Assembly (NCBI GenBank): GCA_963751455.1
Contig: CAVVUN010000012.1
Span: forward strand, 256,001-320,000
Reading direction: 5' to 3'
Length of the DNA: 64,000 nucleotides
Origin: Nitrospirota bacterium
GTDB taxonomy: Bacteria > Nitrospirota > UBA9217
The translations under genes and the position numbers were made by a program. Numbering within the stretch: the first letter of the stretch is position 1; each line of letters begins with the position of its first letter. Under the pieces are notes generated by a model that was given only the letters and a program-made list of their open reading frames with translations, ran no database searches and was not told the DNA's origin. This document shows, one piece after another, positions 60,320 to 64,000 of the stretch.

Positions 60320-61269
60320 AAAGGATCGTTACCCCAAATTTCCTTTGTGGCGCTGTAGGCTGCTGCTCGGCAACCTCTGCATATCGTGCAAAAATCGCAA
60401 GTATAGCACTTGGCTTCAGATGGAACGGTGCGCAGCGATGCCATTAATTCAGAAGTTTGCCATGCGGCGGTAAATCCTACATCGAAAACATTACGATCAG
60501 AAATACGCAGTTTCGCACAGGGTAGCATAGAGCCATCACTGGAGATTACAACCGCCCATCTGCCGGCGGAACAGCCACTCCAGATATCGTTGGGAATATC
60601 TTTGATATATTTTTTTGGAGTTAATAAATTAAGCAAAGGTTCTTCACAAGATAAATTCTCATGCGATTGCATCCATCCCGAGATCGTCTTCAAGACATGA
60701 TCATACTCGACTACTCCGAGAGAAAAATCATAATCAAGCTTGCCGGGTAAGGCGCAAATTCTCTGGAAACCTGCAGGAACTCCAAGACGAACGAACAGAT
60801 TTAAGAATTTGTCTATTTTAGCGATATTTCGCGACGAAAGTGTCACGAGAAAAGTAATTGGAAGGCCTGCATCTCGCAAGCGCAAGACTTGTTCACACAC
60901 TGCTTGCGCCCTTTCATCCTCTGTTGGAAGAGCATGAAGACTGAGTTGAATAAAAGAAATTTTGTTGTGAAGACGGCTAAAGAAATTTTCAGGAATTCGG
61001 AGTCCATTTGTCAAAAGACCTGGTCGCCAGCCAAACTGATTAGCTTTCCCGACCAGTTCCTCAATATGCGGATATTGCAAACACTCGCCCCCTGTAAAAA
61101 CGATTCGCTCTACTCCCGCCTTTTTAGCCTCAGCCAGAAGTTGAGTGCCTTCAAACAGCGGCATATCTGTAATATGGCGTTCAGAGCCTAAATAACAAAA
61201 GGGGCAATCCAAGTCACATCGTGTAGTTACCTCCAGCTCGAGTAAACTTGGCGCTTGCAAATTCAGCAT
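60298..61269 (-). CDS. radical SAM/SPASM enzyme (PqqE/MftC-like architecture)
   Basis: CDLDCPFC, FTGGE, LTNG; CSAG..PC; CYTC..C..CRGCRA..DPLC. Confidence 0.9.
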   Translation of the reverse strand: MLNLQAPSLLELEVTTRCDLDCPFCYLGSERHITDMPLFEGTQLLAEAKKAGVERIVFTGGECLQYPHIEELVGKANQFGWRPGLLTNGLRIPENFFSRLHNKISFIQLSLHALPTEDERAQAVCEQVLRLRDAGLPITFLVTLSSRNIAKIDKFLNLFVRLGVPAGFQRICALPGKLDYDFSLGVVEYDHVLKTISGWMQSHENLSCEEPLLNLLTPKKYIKDIPNDIWSGCSAGRWAVVISSDGSMLPCAKLRISDRNVFDVGFTAAWQTSELMASLRTVPSEAKCYTCDFCTICRGCRAAAYSATKEIWGNDPLCPKANA

Positions 61270-61270
61270 T

Positions 61271-61594
61271 TTACAATCCCTTTTCGATCCGGATTAGTTT
61301 GTTATCATTCATTTCCTGGAGAAAACCAGATAACTCTTCTATTAACTCCTTTCTTTCTGGAATTTCAACGTTACCGATTTTTTCTAAATTATAAGTAATA
61401 TCGTCGCAAATTTTGCCGAACGTTGTCGGTTTATCCAATAGACGCCATACCATTGCTTCGAACTCGCCAAATTCGTAGAAGCCGTGAAAATCCGGTCGTT
61501 CTCCTTTGTATCTTGGGAAAACCAGTATCCTCCCATCCTCAGTATCTCGCCACTGATGGCTCTCTAGTCTATACACTAACGTTGAGTCATCCAT
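61271..61594 (-). CDS. PqqD-like RiPP recognition element (RRE)
   Basis: 107 aa; beta strands then helices (AMVWRLLD..TFGKIC..FLQEM...LI); AGGAGG RBS; coupled to the rSAM gene. Confidence 0.78.
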   Translation of the reverse strand: MDDSTLVYRLESHQWRDTEDGRILVFPRYKGERPDFHGFYEFGEFEAMVWRLLDKPTTFGKICDDITYNLEKIGNVEIPERKELIEELSGFLQEMNDNKLIRIEKGL

Positions 61595-61671
61595 TTTACC
61601 TCCTGCTGAACCTAGTGAATTAGCCCAAAGTTCGGAATCACCTCGATAATAAAGTTTAAAAAGGGAGACTA

Positions 61672-63999
61672 TTACTTACTAAATATAATATTCGAAACAT
61701 CGATAACATCTTCCTTCAACGCAGTGTTAGATAGCAGCTCCCATGATGTGCTCCTTATGGCTGCCTTCAAATCACTCGCAATTGGCTCTATAATGTTTAT
61801 TATATTTGGGTTGGCATGGATGACTATACTCTCAATGCTTCGCCAACTTGGGAGCTGATGAGCCGCCTTCGCCTTATTGACCGCAGAATACACGGCCTGA
61901 GCTACATCAAAACTACTGTTCTTGTCAGGCGGAGAAATCCCCTTGAAATCCGTGTCGTTGGGCCAAGGTGCAATTGAAATACTCTTAATTCCAGTTTCCC
62001 CTGCAAATTCCCAAGACCAAACTTCCTCGCAGATATAGGGAATAAACGGTGCAAACATCTTGATTAATGTTTTAAGACCGAGACGCTGAGCGGCTATAGA
62101 CGACCCTTGATCTTCTGATTTAATACCATCTCCGCCCCATGTTCTCTTTTTGCTTAACTCAAGATAACTATCTGTGAAAGAATGCCAGAAGAAACTTTCA
62201 AGGGTGGAAAGGGCACTGCAGAAATTATATTCGTTTAATTGTTCAGTTACCGTTCGTACAGCTTTTCTGAGATGATCAATGAATGCCCGGTCTAATTCAC
62301 AAGATATGCTGTTTCCAGGTCCCTTTTGTGAAAGCACGAATTTTGAGGCATTATATATTTTTACAACAAGTCGGTTGCCTATTTTTACGATATTCTCATC
62401 ATATGCAGTATCAACTCCAAGTCGCGCATTCCCTGCCCAATAACGGAGGGCATCGGAGGAATACTTTTCAAGAAGATCGGTCGGCACAATAACATTACCT
62501 TTACTCTTGGACATTTTTTTTCTGTCTGGATCAAGAACCCATCCTGAAATGTTAATATTTTTCCAAGGTATTATATTTTCATGCAGCAGAGATTTCACTA
62601 TTGTGTAAAAAGCCCACGTTCTTATAATTTCATGACTTTGTGGCCGCAAATCCATAGGAAATAACTTACTGTGCCGATCTTCGTCTACTAACCATCGAGA
62701 TGCGATTTGAGGAGTCAATGAACTCGTGAACCAGGTATCAAAAACATCGGCTTCTGCAACAAACCCATTTGCTATTCCTCTCTGCCCTTCAGAATAGCCA
62801 GAGGGACAGGTTACTGCCGGGTCAACTGGAAGTTGATCTTCAGCGGCAATTATTGGCTTTGCGTAGTCTGGAATTCCATTATTATCGATAGGATACCATA
62901 CCGGGAAAGGGACGCCGAAATATCTTTGACGGCTGATGCACCAGTCCATATTTAAATTTTGGGTCCAATCCCTATATCTATTAAGCATAAAACTCGGATA
63001 CCAGTTGATTTCCTCCCCCTTTTCCAAAAGTTGTGCTTTCTTATCAAGTAGACGTACGAACCATTGACGTGTTGTTATGTATTCAAGAGGATGATCCCCT
63101 TTCTCGTAGTACCTGACAAAGTGTTTTAATGATCTCTTCGCGATTAAGGGGGGGGCATTTCCGACTGCAGCGCCATTTGGCCGTCTTAACATTTCAGCAA
63201 TTATTTCTCGAGCTTTCCGCACTGGCTTGCCGGCAAGTTCTGAATAAAAAGTATTTGCTAAACTCGGATTTTGACTATGCCAACCCTCATGGCCAAAGCT
63301 GATGTTTGCGAATCTCCCATCTCCTGAAATAATCTGCCTTAAAGGCAGATTTTCTTCACGCCACCATTGAACATCGTTTTGATCTCCGAATGTACAGACC
63401 ATAAGGATGCCGGTGCCTTTTTCAGGATTCACCATTTTACTAGGAAAGCATCGAACTTCTGAAAAAAATAAGGGAGTAATGGCTTTTTCCCCGACTAGGT
63501 GCTTATACCTTGGGTCGTCCGGATGAAATGTAACTCCAACGCAGGCCGGTAGAAGCTCGGGGCGGGTAGTCGATATGGTGAAACCAGCATCTGATTCGGC
63601 TAGACCAAAACGAATATCGTGAAAAACGCCTTCAACTTCTCGATCTTCAACTTCTGCTTGAGCAATTGCAGTTTGAAAGTCAATATCCCACATGGTGGGC
63701 CCTTCCGAACTATACAGGTGGCCCTTTCTCAGTAGGTCCAAAAAACTTACTTGCGCAATAGTTCTACAAAGCTTATCAATGGTTGAGTATTCCTGATGCC
63801 AATCCACAGACAATCCGATTCTTTGCCACAAACTTTTGAATACTTCTTCATCTTCTTTTGTCAGTTTAACGCAAAGATCTAAAAAATTAGATCGTGATAT
63901 AATCTGCGGTTTTTTCTTCCTATCTTCCGAGTCCGCCTGTTTTATGTTCAAATGCTCTTTATACGGCTCATTAGGATCGCATCGGACATGAAAATAATT
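61672..63999 (-). CDS. valS: valyl-tRNA synthetase, type 2 (actinobacterial/archaeal-like); 5' end outside window
   Basis: NYFHVRCDP, TTRPELL, GTGILM.CTFGD, DWCISRQR, DTWFTS, RPQSHEIIRTW, KMSKS; frame open to the window edge. Confidence 0.92.
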   Translation of the reverse strand, partial: NYFHVRCDPNEPYKEHLNIKQADSEDRKKKPQIISRSNFLDLCVKLTKEDEEVFKSLWQRIGLSVDWHQEYSTIDKLCRTIAQVSFLDLLRKGHLYSSEGPTMWDIDFQTAIAQAEVEDREVEGVFHDIRFGLAESDAGFTISTTRPELLPACVGVTFHPDDPRYKHLVGEKAITPLFFSEVRCFPSKMVNPEKGTGILMVCTFGDQNDVQWWREENLPLRQIISGDGRFANISFGHEGWHSQNPSLANTFYSELAGKPVRKAREIIAEMLRRPNGAAVGNAPPLIAKRSLKHFVRYYEKGDHPLEYITTRQWFVRLLDKKAQLLEKGEEINWYPSFMLNRYRDWTQNLNMDWCISRQRYFGVPFPVWYPIDNNGIPDYAKPIIAAEDQLPVDPAVTCPSGYSEGQRGIANGFVAEADVFDTWFTSSLTPQIASRWLVDEDRHSKLFPMDLRPQSHEIIRTWAFYTIVKSLLHENIIPWKNINISGWVLDPDRKKMSKSKGNVIVPTDLLEKYSSDALRYWAGNARLGVDTAYDENIVKIGNRLVVKIYNASKFVLSQKGPGNSISCELDRAFIDHLRKAVRTVTEQLNEYNFCSALSTLESFFWHSFTDSYLELSKKRTWGGDGIKSEDQGSSIAAQRLGLKTLIKMFAPFIPYICEEVWSWEFAGETGIKSISIAPWPNDTDFKGISPPDKNSSFDVAQAVYSAVNKAKAAHQLPSWRSIESIVIHANPNIINIIEPIASDLKAAIRSTSWELLSNTALKEDVIDVSNIIFSK

Positions 64000-64000
64000 T

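Noticed and set aside
48429-64000. Assignment to PQQ, mycofactocin, lasso peptide, pearlin or heme d1/Ahb pathways
   Set aside because: No ExxxY or IDGMCGVY precursor, and no PqqC, lasso B/C pair, LanB-like PEARL or Ahb/Nir partner genes visible.

Overview
Bacterial, probably diderm (outer-membrane beta-barrel genes, lipoproteins). The first ~48 kb is an accessory mosaic of large secreted or surface proteins (RCC1/PxKF, CARDB-transglutaminase-like, PKD, S8 protease with 17 Ig-like repeats), enzymes, regulators and a PIN toxin-antitoxin pair. It also holds two frameshifted genes and several small mobile relics: a group IIC intron 5' remnant behind a terminator, an IS200 tnpA fragment, two MITE types with target-site duplications, and scattered SDR-gene duplications. 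The last ~15.6 kb (48429 to beyond 64000, minus strand, more AT-rich by eye) is an operon-like cluster that abuts a 5'-truncated murC-like gene and looks like an undescribed RiPP-type biosynthetic system. It encodes a type-2 ValRS, a PqqD-like RRE, four radical SAM/SPASM enzymes and one SPASM-only paralog. It also encodes a 24-aa two-Cys peptide missing from the ORF track (MRKFKLKLKKVRFAGCMVNIAHCL), a TcuA-like flavoenzyme, two paralogous ~70-aa peptides ending in NW, a MurE paralog, a PP-loop ATP pyrophosphatase and a clan CD-like peptidase. All calls come from motif reading by eye; no searches were run.
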